This document shows positions 28,291 to 38,021 of a stretch of DNA of 64,000 nucleotides, piece after piece. Below the pieces are notes generated by a model. That model made no database searches. It was not told the origin of the DNA and saw only the letters and a list, made by a program, of their open reading frames with translations. The stretch lies in the NCBI GenBank assembly GCA_963830395.1, contig CAWHMI010000004.1:264980-328979 (forward strand), in the 5' to 3' direction. The position numbers were made by a program, and so were the translations under genes. Source of the DNA: an uncultured Actinomycetota bacterium (GTDB lineage Bacteria; Actinomycetota; Thermoleophilia; Solirubrobacterales; Solirubrobacteraceae). The first letter of the stretch is position 1, and every line of letters begins with the position of its first letter.

Positions 28291-29961
28291 GTGCGGGCCG
28301 CGCACGAGACGATCGTCGTAGGCGATCGGCGACGGCGGGGCGCGCCCGCCGTGCCTGACCGCTGGCAGAGCAGCCCGTCAGCGGTGATGGTCGTGCTCGT
28401 CGGCGCAATCACGGTGGTGGGTGTCCTGTTGCGGCTGCCCTCGTTTGCTGACTCCCTGTTCGGAGACGAGCTGTCGACGTATTTCATCGTCACTGGCCAC
28501 AGCGCCGGCCGCGTCCTCTACCTGCTGCGCGGGCATTCGGTCGACCTCAATCCGCCGTTGTTCTTCCTGCTCGCCTGGGTCGCCGAGCGGTTCGGGGACG
28601 GGGCGCAGGCGTTGCGGTCGGTGTCGCTGCTGGCTGGAACCGCCGCGATCCCGCTCACGTATCTGCTCGGTCTGTGGACGGTGGGTCGCCGCGCTGCCCT
28701 GGTCGGCGCCGGGCTCATGGCGCTGAGCCCGTTCTTGATCTTCTACTCAACCGAGGCGCGCGCCTATGCGCTGTTGCTGGCGCTCGTGCTGGCCGGCGCC
28801 CTCTGTCTGCTGCGAGCGCTCGACACGCGGCGGGCGCGCTGGTGGGCGGCGTACGCGGTCGTCTCCTGCGCGGCCATGTACACGCACTACATCGCGGTGT
28901 TCTTCCTTGGCGCGCTGTTCGTGTGGGCGTTCCTGACCGCGTCCGGCGCGCGACGGCCGTTGCTCGCCGCCAACATCGCGGCGGCGATCGCCTACATCCC
29001 GTGGCTGCCGACGTTGCTCAAGGACACGCGCTCTCCCGGCAACCTGGTGATCAGCTTTCTGGAGCCGTTCAGCTCCCATCTCGTCGTCAGCTCGCTGGCG
29101 CGGTGGTCGATCGGCCATCCGTTTCTCCCGGTCGCGAGGCTGCCCGGCCATGCCGCGCTGGCGATCGGGGTCGTCGGTCTGGCGGCGGGCTTGCTCGGTG
29201 TCCTGATCAGGGCGCGTCGCGCGCAGGACGGAAACGGACTCACGGGCCTACCGGGCGGCGCGGTGCTGGTGGTCGTGCTCGTGGTCGCCCCGCCGGCCGA
29301 GATCGCCCTGTACAGCCTGCTCGGCCACAGCGTGTGGGAGCCGCGCAACCTGATCGCCGGATGGCCCGCGCTGGCGCTGGCGCTGGGGGCGCTGGTGACC
29401 AGCGCGCGCGGACCGCTGCGCATCGCCGCCGTGGGCTTGGTGATCGCCGCCTACGGGATCGGCGCCGCGAAGATGCTCGAGTCGGGCAACCAGCGACCCG
29501 ACTACGACGCGGCGGTGAGCTTCATCGACCGGGTCGGCCCACCCGGAGCCCCGGTGCTCGAGGTGCCCGGCCCAACGCCGGGACCGCTGACCGAGCTCGA
29601 TGCGGCATTCGCTGCGGCTGGGCCGTCGCCGCGAGGGCGCCATCCGGTGCTGCGCCTGGGGTTCCCCTCGCGCAGCGCCCTGCTGCGGGCCCGCCCCTAT
29701 GCGCTGGTGCCGTCGACCCCGCCGGCCATCGTCATCAGACAGACGGTCCACCTGGCCCGGGGCGGGGCGCTGTTCGTGGTCACGTTTGGACAGAACCCGG
29801 CGTTTCTCGGCTCCCTGCTCAAGCCGTTGCCCGCGCGCTTTCGCCAGGTGCAGACGAGGACGTTCGCTGGCCTGGTGCCCGTGTCGGTGTACCGGTTCCG
29901 CGATCCTCGCGCCGGCGCAGCGCCACCACCACCTGGTGCGGATCGCCGATCAGGAGGCTGA
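28291..29961 (+). CDS. GT39/ArnT-like membrane glycosyltransferase (start may be 28387)
   Basis: Multi-TM; FGDE, NPPLFFLL, YSTEARAYALL and YTHY motifs. Confidence 0.8.
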   Translation: MRAAHETIVVGDRRRRGAPAVPDRWQSSPSAVMVVLVGAITVVGVLLRLPSFADSLFGDELSTYFIVTGHSAGRVLYLLRGHSVDLNPPLFFLLAWVAERFGDGAQALRSVSLLAGTAAIPLTYLLGLWTVGRRAALVGAGLMALSPFLIFYSTEARAYALLLALVLAGALCLLRALDTRRARWWAAYAVVSCAAMYTHYIAVFFLGALFVWAFLTASGARRPLLAANIAAAIAYIPWLPTLLKDTRSPGNLVISFLEPFSSHLVVSSLARWSIGHPFLPVARLPGHAALAIGVVGLAAGLLGVLIRARRAQDGNGLTGLPGGAVLVVVLVVAPPAEIALYSLLGHSVWEPRNLIAGWPALALALGALVTSARGPLRIAAVGLVIAAYGIGAAKMLESGNQRPDYDAAVSFIDRVGPPGAPVLEVPGPTPGPLTELDAAFAAAGPSPRGRHPVLRLGFPSRSALLRARPYALVPSTPPAIVIRQTVHLARGGALFVVTFGQNPAFLGSLLKPLPARFRQVQTRTFAGLVPVSVYRFRDPRAGAAPPPPGADRRSGG

Positions 29962-30967
29962 ACTCCAGCGGCTCGAACAGCGCAGACCAGCGCTCGCGGA
30001 TGTAGGCGGCGGTCAGGACCGTCTCGCCGTAGGTGATCCCCTGGGCGGGCGCGGGCTCGCCCAGCGGCTGCCCGCCATGGGGGGCGAACAGGTACAGCGG
30101 CTCGACGAACCTGGCCTCAGGTCGGGGACCCAGGGATCGGAGCGCCGGCGCCAGCAGGTCGGAGACCCGTAGGTAGGCGGGCGGGCGCACCGTGACGACG
30201 AGCAGGCCGCCGGGCGCGATCGAGGCGTGCAGCGCGCGCAGGCTGGCTTCGTGCGCGGGCTCGGACAGGTGGGTGAAGACCGAGAAGGCGTAGACCAGGT
30301 CGAAGCGCTCGGAGAACGGCAGGCGCTGGGGCACGAAGTCGCACCGGGCCAGCCGCGCCGGCACGCGGGTGCGGCGGCAGACGTCGAGGATCGCCTCCAC
30401 CGGATCGCAGCCGAACAGGGACTCCGGCGCAACGTCGCGAGCCAGAAAGCGGGTCAGGCGTCCCCAGCCGCAGCCGAAGTCCAGCACGCGACACTGCTGA
30501 AGGCCGACCGCCGAGTGACGCGCGCTCAGCTCGCGCAGCCGGTTGTAGAAGGCCAGGCTCTGGGTGGCCAGGGCGGCGCCGCTGGTCCCGTTCCAGGTCT
30601 GCTGCAGGGCGCGATCGGGGACGTCGGGGAGCAGTGCCCTGATGTTGGGATAGAGGTCGTACTCCTGGGTCAGCAGGAGCGCCCACAGATCGCCGTCGAG
30701 CTCGCGAAACTGCGCCAGCGCCTCGACGCCCGCTCCGGCGCAGGCTGCGTCCAGGCGGGAGAGCTCAGGGTCCCACAACGTCGCAAGCCACGACGCAAAG
30801 CTCGCCGGGCCGGACGGGCGGGCATCCCCTTGGCCGCGAGCCGCGCGAACTGTCTGACGGGCGGTCAGCGACAGACCCGAGGTCAGCGATCGCAGCGCTG
30901 CCCGGTACCTGTCCCGCGGCGGGTGCAGTGGCGCGGGCGCGACGCGTGGGGATCTGTTCGCGATCAC
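29819..30967 (-). CDS. Class I SAM methyltransferase
   Basis: VLDFGCGWGRL, FGCDP, FDLVYAFSVFTHL; start uncertain. Confidence 0.85.
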   Translation of the reverse strand: MIANRSPRVAPAPLHPPRDRYRAALRSLTSGLSLTARQTVRAARGQGDARPSGPASFASWLATLWDPELSRLDAACAGAGVEALAQFRELDGDLWALLLTQEYDLYPNIRALLPDVPDRALQQTWNGTSGAALATQSLAFYNRLRELSARHSAVGLQQCRVLDFGCGWGRLTRFLARDVAPESLFGCDPVEAILDVCRRTRVPARLARCDFVPQRLPFSERFDLVYAFSVFTHLSEPAHEASLRALHASIAPGGLLVVTVRPPAYLRVSDLLAPALRSLGPRPEARFVEPLYLFAPHGGQPLGEPAPAQGITYGETVLTAAYIRERWSALFEPLEFSLLIGDPHQVVVALRRREDRGTGTPTRAPGQRTSSSAPGESARATA

Positions 30968-31023
30968 GGCAGGCTATACGCGGCTGGATGGGCCGGCGGC
31001 GGAGGGATATGTACGGTTGCGCG

Positions 31024-31959
31024 ATGACCTCACCGCAGCTCCCCCTACCGCCGCTCGATCTGGCGGTGCGGGTCGGCGAGCTCGGCGGTGACCAGCCCTG
31101 GGCCCAGTACGAAGCGATCGGATCCTCGCTCAAGGCGGTGATCTCGTCGTCGCTGCCGGCCGACTGGAGCTGGGACGGACGGCGAGGGCTCGATTTCGGC
31201 GCCGGCGCCGGCCGCGTGCTGAGGCATTTCGGCCCGGAGGCGCGGAGCGCCGAGCTGTGGGGCTGCGACATCGACGCCGGGAGCGTCTTCTGGCTACGGG
31301 ACAACCTGTGCCCGCCGTTTCACGCCTTCCTGGTCAGCGAGGAGCCACGGCTGCCCCAGACCGACGGGTTCTTCGATCTCGCCTGGGCGCTCTCGGTGTT
31401 CACCCACCTCGGGCGCCACTGGGCCGGCTGGCTGGCCGAGCTGCACCGCGTGCTCAAGCCCGGTGGGCTGCTGATCGTCTCCTACATGGGCGCCGAGATG
31501 GCCCGCCAGCTGCTGGGCGGGGCCTGGGATGAGAACCGCAGCGGTATGAGCGTGGTCGGCGCCGGACGCCCGTGGAGCGAGGGCGGCCCGTGGGTGTTTC
31601 ACTCCGAGTGGTGGCTACGCTGCCACTGGGGCCGCGGCTTCGAGGTCGTGCGCCTGGACCGCAACGATGTCCCGGGCACCCATGGCCTGCTCGTCCTCGC
31701 CAAGCGGCCGGTGGCCATCACCGCCGAGGAGCTCGAGCGCCCGGAGACGGGCGAGCCGCGGGAGCTCGCAGCGCTGGCGACCAACGTCAGCCAGCTGCAC
31801 GGCGAGGATGTACGCGTCCGGGCCCGGCTGGCGCAACTGGAGGCGAGGCTGAGCCGGCGGTGGACAGCGAGAGTCAGGCGGCGGATCGCCTCCACGGTGG
31901 CCGGCGCGTATCTCCAGGCGCTCCGCGACGGCGGGATCAATCGCCGCCGGGGGAGTTGA
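31024..31959 (+). CDS. Class I SAM methyltransferase with C-terminal coiled coil
   Basis: LDFGAGAGRV, WGCDID, FDLAWALSVFTHL. Confidence 0.88.
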   Translation: MTSPQLPLPPLDLAVRVGELGGDQPWAQYEAIGSSLKAVISSSLPADWSWDGRRGLDFGAGAGRVLRHFGPEARSAELWGCDIDAGSVFWLRDNLCPPFHAFLVSEEPRLPQTDGFFDLAWALSVFTHLGRHWAGWLAELHRVLKPGGLLIVSYMGAEMARQLLGGAWDENRSGMSVVGAGRPWSEGGPWVFHSEWWLRCHWGRGFEVVRLDRNDVPGTHGLLVLAKRPVAITAEELERPETGEPRELAALATNVSQLHGEDVRVRARLAQLEARLSRRWTARVRRRIASTVAGAYLQALRDGGINRRRGS

Positions 31960-31966
31960 CGGCACG

Positions 31967-34696
31967 ATGCTGCGGGTGACCCTGGACTGCGAGCTCCCGC
32001 CGGAGGTGGCGGTCGGACCCGGCACGGCGGTGTTCGTCTGTGGCTGGTGCTTCTCGCCTCGCGCCCGGATCAGGAAGCTGGAGTTCGTCCTCGACGGCGA
32101 GGCCCAGCCGGTGATGGCGGCCCGGATGCCGCGTCTGGACCCGTTCCGCGAGCTGCACCCGATGGTCGATCCGTTCGCCGCCGCCGCCCTCTCAGAGGAC
32201 CCGGCCTCCGCGGCGGACCCGCGCCTGCTCAGTTACCGCAGCGGGTTCTGGGGGCTGGTGCGCATCCGCGGCCCCCGCGCCCCGGGATACCTGCCGCTGG
32301 CGCTGCGGGCCGAGCTCGAGGACGGCGAGACGGCCGTGGCCCCGCTTGCGCAGCTCCGGGTCGCGGCCGCCATCAAACCGGGCGCCGCCGCGCCGGGCGC
32401 TGGCGCTTGGCCCGCAGACCGAAGCGGGCCTGCGGTCGCGATCTGCTTGGCCACCTTCAACCCGCCCGAGGACCTGCTCCGCCGCCAGCTGGACTCGATC
32501 CGCGAGCAGACGCACGAGAATTGGATCTGCCTGATCAGCGACGACTGCTCGAGGCCCGAGGGTCAGCGCGTGCTGGACGACGCGATCGGCGGCGACGGAC
32601 GCTTCGTCGTCTCCCGCTCGCCGCGGCGCCTCGGCTTCTACGCCAACTTCGAGCGGGCGCTGACGATGGTCCCGGGTGGCGCGGCGCTGGTGGCGCTGTC
32701 CGATCAGGACGACGCCTGGCATCCGGACAAGCTCAGCAGCCTGATCGCCGCGCTCGGCGACGCGCAGCTGGTATACAGCGACGCGCGCGTCGTCTCGCGC
32801 GCCGGCGAGCTGATCTCCGATACCTGGTGGGCGCGACGGCGCAACAACCACGCCGACCTGCTGTCGCTGTTGATGGCCAATGCGGTCACCGGTGCCGCGT
32901 CGCTGTTTCGCTCCGAGCTGCTCGACTACGCGCTGCCGTTCCCGCCGGCCCAGTTCGCCCACTTCCACGACCACTGGCTGGGCCTGGTCGCGCTCGCGGT
33001 GGGGAGTATCTCCTACGTGGACCGTCCGCTGTACGACTACGTCCAGCACGGCGACGCGTCCCTGGGCCACGCCGCCGCCAACCAGATGCCGTCATTGCGT
33101 GAGCGCCTGGCGAGCGGACGCGACCTCGCCGAGCGGGTTCGGCTGTGGCGGATGCACTACTTCGTCGACTTCTGCCGGCTGATCCAGTTCGCCACCGTGC
33201 TGGAGATGCGCTGCGGTGCCCGGATGTCGTCGCGCAAGCGACGCGAGCTCACCGCGTTGCGGCGGGCCGAGCGCTCGGCGCCGGGGCTGGCGCGGTTCGC
33301 GGTGCGCGGCATCCGGGAGCTCGCCGGGACGCCGGAGACGCTGGGGGCCGAATGGCTGCTGCTGCACGCTCTAGCGTGGCGTCGCCTCGTTGCGCTCACC
33401 GCCCGGGATCGGCCCCAGCCGCGGCTGCGTCTCGACGCGCTGCCGCCGCCCACGCTGCTCCAACCTCCCGGTCGGCGCGGACTGCACGAGGCCGCCGCGG
33501 CGATCGCCGACAAGGTCGCGCCGCTGCGCTGGATGCCCGCCCCCGACGTGCCGGCGCGGATCAACATCCTGCTCCCGACGCTCGACCTGCGCCACCTGTT
33601 CGGTGGCTACATCGCCAAGCTCAACCTGGCCCGCCGGCTGACCGAGCTCGGCCACCGGGTGCGGCTGGTGACCGTGGATCCCGTCGGCCCGCTGGCGTTC
33701 GACTACCGCCGCCAGATCGAGTCCTACCGCGGTCTGGGCGGGCTGTTCGAAACAGTCGAGCTGGCCTTCGGGCGCGAGTCGGCGGGCATCGAGGTGAGCC
33801 CCGCGGACCGCTTCGTGGCCACCACCTGGTGGACGGCGCACGTCGCCCGCGACGCGGTGGCGCTGCTGGGCGGCGGCCGGTTCGCGTACCTGATCCAGGA
33901 ATACGAGCCGTTCACCTTCGCGATGGGCAGCTACGCGGCGCTGGCCGACGAGTCCTACCGGTTTCCGCACGTCGCGCTGTTCTCCAGCGAGCTGCTGCGC
34001 GACTACTTCCGCCGGCACCGGCTCGGCGTCTACAGCGCCGGCGTGGTGGCCGGAGACTCGGCCTCGGCCTCGTTTCAGAACGCCATCACCGCGGTGGCGG
34101 CGCCGTCGGCCGCCGACCTTGATCGGCCGGGGCCGCGCCGGCTGCTGTTCTACGCCCGGCCCGAGGCGCACGCGGCGCGCAACATGTTCGAGCTCGGCGT
34201 GCTGGCGCTGGCCCGGGCGCTCGCCGAAGGGGCGTTTGCTGGCTGGGAGCTGCACGGCATCGGCACCGTCGGGCGGGGCGGTGACGTCTCGCTCGGCGCC
34301 GGTCGCGCGCTGACGCTGCTGCCCCGCACCGATCAGGCGGCCTACGCCCGCCTGCTGCGCGAGCACGACGTCGGGCTGGCGCTGATGTACACACCGCATC
34401 CCAGCCTGGTGCCGATCGAGATGGCCTGCGCCGGAATGCTCACCGTGACCAGCAGCTTCGAGAACAAGACGCCGGAGGCGATGGCGGCGATCTCGGGCAA
34501 TCTGATCGTCGCCGAGGCGGGCGTGGAGTCGCTGGCCGTTGCGCTGCGCGAGGCCGCGGCGGGCGCCGGCGACCTGCAGCGCCGGGCCGCCGGCAGCCGG
34601 GTCAGCTGGAGCAGCGACTGGCGGACCTCGCTGCCCGACGAGCTGCTCCAGCGACTGATGGCGTCGCTGACATCGAACGACGCCGCGGCGGCGTGA
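31967..34696 (+). CDS. GT2 + WsaF-like (rhamnosyltransferase-type) fusion glycosyltransferase
   Basis: GT2 motifs (ICLATFNP, LSDQDD, FHDHW) followed by GGYIAKLNLA, VATTWWTA, YLIQEYEP, LFYARPE and MYTPHPSLVPIEMA, resembling WsaF. Confidence 0.82.
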   Translation: MLRVTLDCELPPEVAVGPGTAVFVCGWCFSPRARIRKLEFVLDGEAQPVMAARMPRLDPFRELHPMVDPFAAAALSEDPASAADPRLLSYRSGFWGLVRIRGPRAPGYLPLALRAELEDGETAVAPLAQLRVAAAIKPGAAAPGAGAWPADRSGPAVAICLATFNPPEDLLRRQLDSIREQTHENWICLISDDCSRPEGQRVLDDAIGGDGRFVVSRSPRRLGFYANFERALTMVPGGAALVALSDQDDAWHPDKLSSLIAALGDAQLVYSDARVVSRAGELISDTWWARRRNNHADLLSLLMANAVTGAASLFRSELLDYALPFPPAQFAHFHDHWLGLVALAVGSISYVDRPLYDYVQHGDASLGHAAANQMPSLRERLASGRDLAERVRLWRMHYFVDFCRLIQFATVLEMRCGARMSSRKRRELTALRRAERSAPGLARFAVRGIRELAGTPETLGAEWLLLHALAWRRLVALTARDRPQPRLRLDALPPPTLLQPPGRRGLHEAAAAIADKVAPLRWMPAPDVPARINILLPTLDLRHLFGGYIAKLNLARRLTELGHRVRLVTVDPVGPLAFDYRRQIESYRGLGGLFETVELAFGRESAGIEVSPADRFVATTWWTAHVARDAVALLGGGRFAYLIQEYEPFTFAMGSYAALADESYRFPHVALFSSELLRDYFRRHRLGVYSAGVVAGDSASASFQNAITAVAAPSAADLDRPGPRRLLFYARPEAHAARNMFELGVLALARALAEGAFAGWELHGIGTVGRGGDVSLGAGRALTLLPRTDQAAYARLLREHDVGLALMYTPHPSLVPIEMACAGMLTVTSSFENKTPEAMAAISGNLIVAEAGVESLAVALREAAAGAGDLQRRAAGSRVSWSSDWRTSLPDELLQRLMASLTSNDAAAA

Positions 34697-35706
34697 CCGG
34701 CTCATCGCCCCCGGCGCCGAGCTCGCCGGCGCGTTCGGTGGCCGTGGTCGTGCCCAACTGGAACGGCTTGCGCTGGCTGCCCGGCTGCCTGGGCGCGGTC
34801 GCCCGCCAGCGGCCCGCGCCCGCCGAGGTGCTCGTCGTCGACAACGGCTCGCGCGACGGGTCGCTTGACTACCTGCGCTCGGCGAAGCCCCCCATCGAGG
34901 TGACGGTGCTGGAGCTGGGGGCCAACACCGGGTTCGCCCACGCGGCCAACCGGGGGATGGCGCACGCCCACGCTGAGTTGGTGGCCCTGATCAACACCGA
35001 TGTGGTGATCGCCGACGACTGGCTGGCGCGGATGACCGGGGCGCTGGCCGGCGATCCGCAGGCGGCGTCGGTGACCGGCAAGCTGCTCGCCATGCACGAG
35101 CCCGGGCGGATCTATGACGCCGGCGACATCCTGCGCCGTGACGGAGCCTGTGAGCAACGCGGCCGCTTCATGGTCGACGACGGGCGCTGGGACCAGGCCG
35201 GCGACGTGTTCGGCGCGTGCGCCGGTGCTGCGGTGTACCGGCGCGACGCGGTGCTGGCGACCGGGGGCTTCGACGAGCGCTTCTTCGCCTACCTGGAGGA
35301 CGTCGACCTGGCGCTGCGCCTGCGGCTGGCCGGCTGGACCTGTCGCTACGAGCCGGTGACGGCGCGGCACGCCGGCGGCGGCTCGGCGCATCAGCTCCGA
35401 GGCGGCTCGCACCGGCTCGTCGCCCGTAACACGCTGGTGCTGGTGGCCAAGGCGTTCCCCGCCCGCTGGCTGCCCCTGGTCGCCTACCGGCAGTGCGGGT
35501 GGGCGTGGCACGCGCTGCAGGAACGCCGTCTCCGAGCCCACCTGGCCGCGCTGGCGGCGGCGGCGCCGTTGCTGCCGGCGGCGCTGCGCCAGCGGCGGGG
35601 CCTGCGGCGCGGCGCCCGGATCCCGATCGATCAGGCAGTGCCCGCCCGACCGTTCCGGGGGCCTCGGGCCGGCGGGCATCCGGCCCAGATCAGCGGTGTG
35701 TCTTGA
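34693..35706 (+). CDS. GT2 glycosyltransferase (WbbL-like)
   Basis: VVVPNWNG, VVDNGSRD, NTGFAHAAN, LINTD, FDERFFAYLEDVDL. Confidence 0.9.
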   Translation: MTGSSPPAPSSPARSVAVVVPNWNGLRWLPGCLGAVARQRPAPAEVLVVDNGSRDGSLDYLRSAKPPIEVTVLELGANTGFAHAANRGMAHAHAELVALINTDVVIADDWLARMTGALAGDPQAASVTGKLLAMHEPGRIYDAGDILRRDGACEQRGRFMVDDGRWDQAGDVFGACAGAAVYRRDAVLATGGFDERFFAYLEDVDLALRLRLAGWTCRYEPVTARHAGGGSAHQLRGGSHRLVARNTLVLVAKAFPARWLPLVAYRQCGWAWHALQERRLRAHLAALAAAAPLLPAALRQRRGLRRGARIPIDQAVPARPFRGPRAGGHPAQISGVS

Positions 35707-36127
35707 CGACCTGCACGAGCGCGGTCACGTGCCGCAGCGCTTGGAAGAGGGCAATGCCGCTGGAGGATCTGGCCAGTTGCGCCCAGGCCTCGGCGTTGAG
35801 CGGCTCGCTTCTGGTGACGCTCGCCGCCAGCTGCCGCGCCCGGCTGCGGTCGCCGCTGGCCAGCGCCACCTGGGAGCGCAGCAAGGTCACCTGACGATCT
35901 GGGTTCAAGAAGCCCCCCGCCGCCAGCAGCGCATCGGCGCGCCGGGCCTGATTGCGAACCAGCGGCCGGCCGGTGTCGATGATCGCCGTCGCCCGGTCGG
36001 TGCTCACCGCCTGGCGCACTCCGAGCGCGAACCAGGCGGCCACGATCAGCGCCACCACCAGGAGGGCGCCCGCGACCGCCGCCGCCGGGCGCCGGCCGGG
36101 GACGGGCGGCGACGGACTCGCGCTCAG
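35690..36127 (-). CDS. Hypothetical membrane-anchored helical protein
   Basis: TM segment [17 protein letters not shown] and a TPR-like [12 protein letters not shown]. No canonical start codon was identified. Confidence 0.5.
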   Translation of the reverse strand: MSASPSPPVPGRRPAAAVAGALLVVALIVAAWFALGVRQAVSTDRATAIIDTGRPLVRNQARRADALLAAGGFLNPDRQVTLLRSQVALASGDRSRARQLAASVTRSEPLNAEAWAQLARSSSGIALFQALRHVTALVQVVKTHR

Positions 36128-38007
36128 GACAGCACCTGCTCGCGGTTGCCTGATCGGGCCCGCTTCTGGCGCGCGGTCTTGTCCAGCGTCAGCTTGCGCA
36201 GGCGGACCGCGCCGGGGGTGACCTCGACGCATTCGTCGGCGCGGAGGAACTCGAGCGCCTGGTCCAGCGACAGCTCGCGCTTGGGGACCAGCCGCACCAG
36301 CTCGTCCGCGGTGGAGGAGCGCATGTTGGTCAGATGCTTCTCCTTGGTGGCGTTGACGTCGAGGTCCTCGGCGCGGGAGTTCTCGCCGACGATCATCCCC
36401 TCGTAGACCTCGTCGCCGGGTTCCACGAACAACGTCCCGCGCTCCTGCAGGTTGAACAGGGCGAACGCGGCCACCGTCCCGCGCCGGTCGGCGACCAGGG
36501 AGCCGGTCGGCCGGGTCCGCAGTTCGCCGTGCCACGGCTCCCAGCGATCGAACACGTGGTGCACGAGCCCGGTGCCGCGGGTCTCGGTGAGGAACTCGGT
36601 GCGGAAGCCGATCATCCCGCGAGCCGGCACCAGGTACTCCATCCGCACCCAGCCGGTGCCGTGGTTGACCATCTGCTCCATCCGGCCCTTGCGCAGGGCC
36701 AGCAGCTGGGTGAGGACGCCGACGTATTCCTCGGGGATGTCGACGCTCATCCGCTCCACCGGCTCGTGGGCGCGGCCGTCGATCTCGCGGGTGACGACCT
36801 GGGGCTTGCCCACCGTGAGCTCGAACCCCTCGCGACGCATCAGCTCCACCAGCACCGCCAGCGCCAGCTCGCCGCGGCCCTGCACCTCCCACACGTCGGG
36901 CCGTTCGGTATCGAGCACGCGCAGCGAGACGTTGCCGACCAGCTCGCGCTCCAGCCTCGCCTGGATCTGGCTGGCGGTCAGCAGGGTCCCGTCGCGGCCC
37001 GCCAGCGGCGAGCCATTGGTCCCGATCGTCACCGACAGCGACGGCTCGTCGACGGTGATCACCGGCAGCGGCCGCGGGTCGTCGGCGGCCGCGAGCGTCT
37101 CGCCAATCGTGATCTCCGGGATCCCGGCGACCGCGATGATCTCGCCCGCCCGCGCCTCGTCGGCGTCCACCCGCGCCAGCGCCTCGGTCACGTACAGCTC
37201 CGACACCCGGACCGGCCCGATCGTGCCGTCGGCCCGGCACCAGGCGACTGTCTCACCCCGGCGGATCGTGCCGTGGCGCACCCGGCAGATCGCCAGCCGG
37301 CCCACGTAGGGCGAGGCATCGAGGTTGGTGACGTGGGCCTGGAGCGGGTGGTCGGGGTCGTACTCCGGCGCCGGCACGTGGTCGACGAGCAGGGTCAGCA
37401 GCGGCTCCAGGTCGGTGGGAGGTCCCGTCGCCCCCTCCTCCCACCCGGCCGGATCGAGCGACGCCTGGCCCGCCCGGGCGTTGGTATAGACGATCGGGAA
37501 CTCGATCTGCGACTCGTCGGCGTCGAGATCGAGAAACAGCTCGTAGACCTCATCGACAACCTCGTCGATGCGCGATCGATTCCCACCCGCCCGCCCCCCA
37601 ACCACCCGGTCGACCTTGTTGACGACGAGGATGACCGGCAGCCGGGCCTCGAGCGCCTTGCGCAGGACGAAGCGGGTCTGCGGCAGCGGCCCCTCGCTGG
37701 CGTCGACCAGCAGCAGCACGCCATCGACCATCGTCAGCCCCCGCTCCACCTCGCCGCCGAAGTCGGCATGTCCGGGGGTGTCGACGATGTTGAGCTTTAC
37801 GTCGCCGTAGCGGACCGCGGTGTTCTTGGCCAGGATCGTGATCCCTTTCTCGCGCTCGAGGTCCATCGAGTCCAGCACCCGCTCGGCCACCGACTGCCCG
37901 GTGCGAAACGCGCCCGATTGCCACAGCAGGGCATCGACCAGCGTCGTCTTCCCATGGTCGACGTGCGCGATGATCGCGATGTTGCGGATGTCTGAGCGAG
38001 CCGCCAT
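36124..38007 (-). CDS. typA: Translational GTPase TypA/BipA
   Basis: [53 protein letters not shown]. Confidence 0.97.
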   Translation of the reverse strand: MAARSDIRNIAIIAHVDHGKTTLVDALLWQSGAFRTGQSVAERVLDSMDLEREKGITILAKNTAVRYGDVKLNIVDTPGHADFGGEVERGLTMVDGVLLLVDASEGPLPQTRFVLRKALEARLPVILVVNKVDRVVGGRAGGNRSRIDEVVDEVYELFLDLDADESQIEFPIVYTNARAGQASLDPAGWEEGATGPPTDLEPLLTLLVDHVPAPEYDPDHPLQAHVTNLDASPYVGRLAICRVRHGTIRRGETVAWCRADGTIGPVRVSELYVTEALARVDADEARAGEIIAVAGIPEITIGETLAAADDPRPLPVITVDEPSLSVTIGTNGSPLAGRDGTLLTASQIQARLERELVGNVSLRVLDTERPDVWEVQGRGELALAVLVELMRREGFELTVGKPQVVTREIDGRAHEPVERMSVDIPEEYVGVLTQLLALRKGRMEQMVNHGTGWVRMEYLVPARGMIGFRTEFLTETRGTGLVHHVFDRWEPWHGELRTRPTGSLVADRRGTVAAFALFNLQERGTLFVEPGDEVYEGMIVGENSRAEDLDVNATKEKHLTNMRSSTADELVRLVPKRELSLDQALEFLRADECVEVTPGAVRLRKLTLDKTARQKRARSGNREQVLS

Positions 38008-38021
38008 GACGGCGGCTGAGG

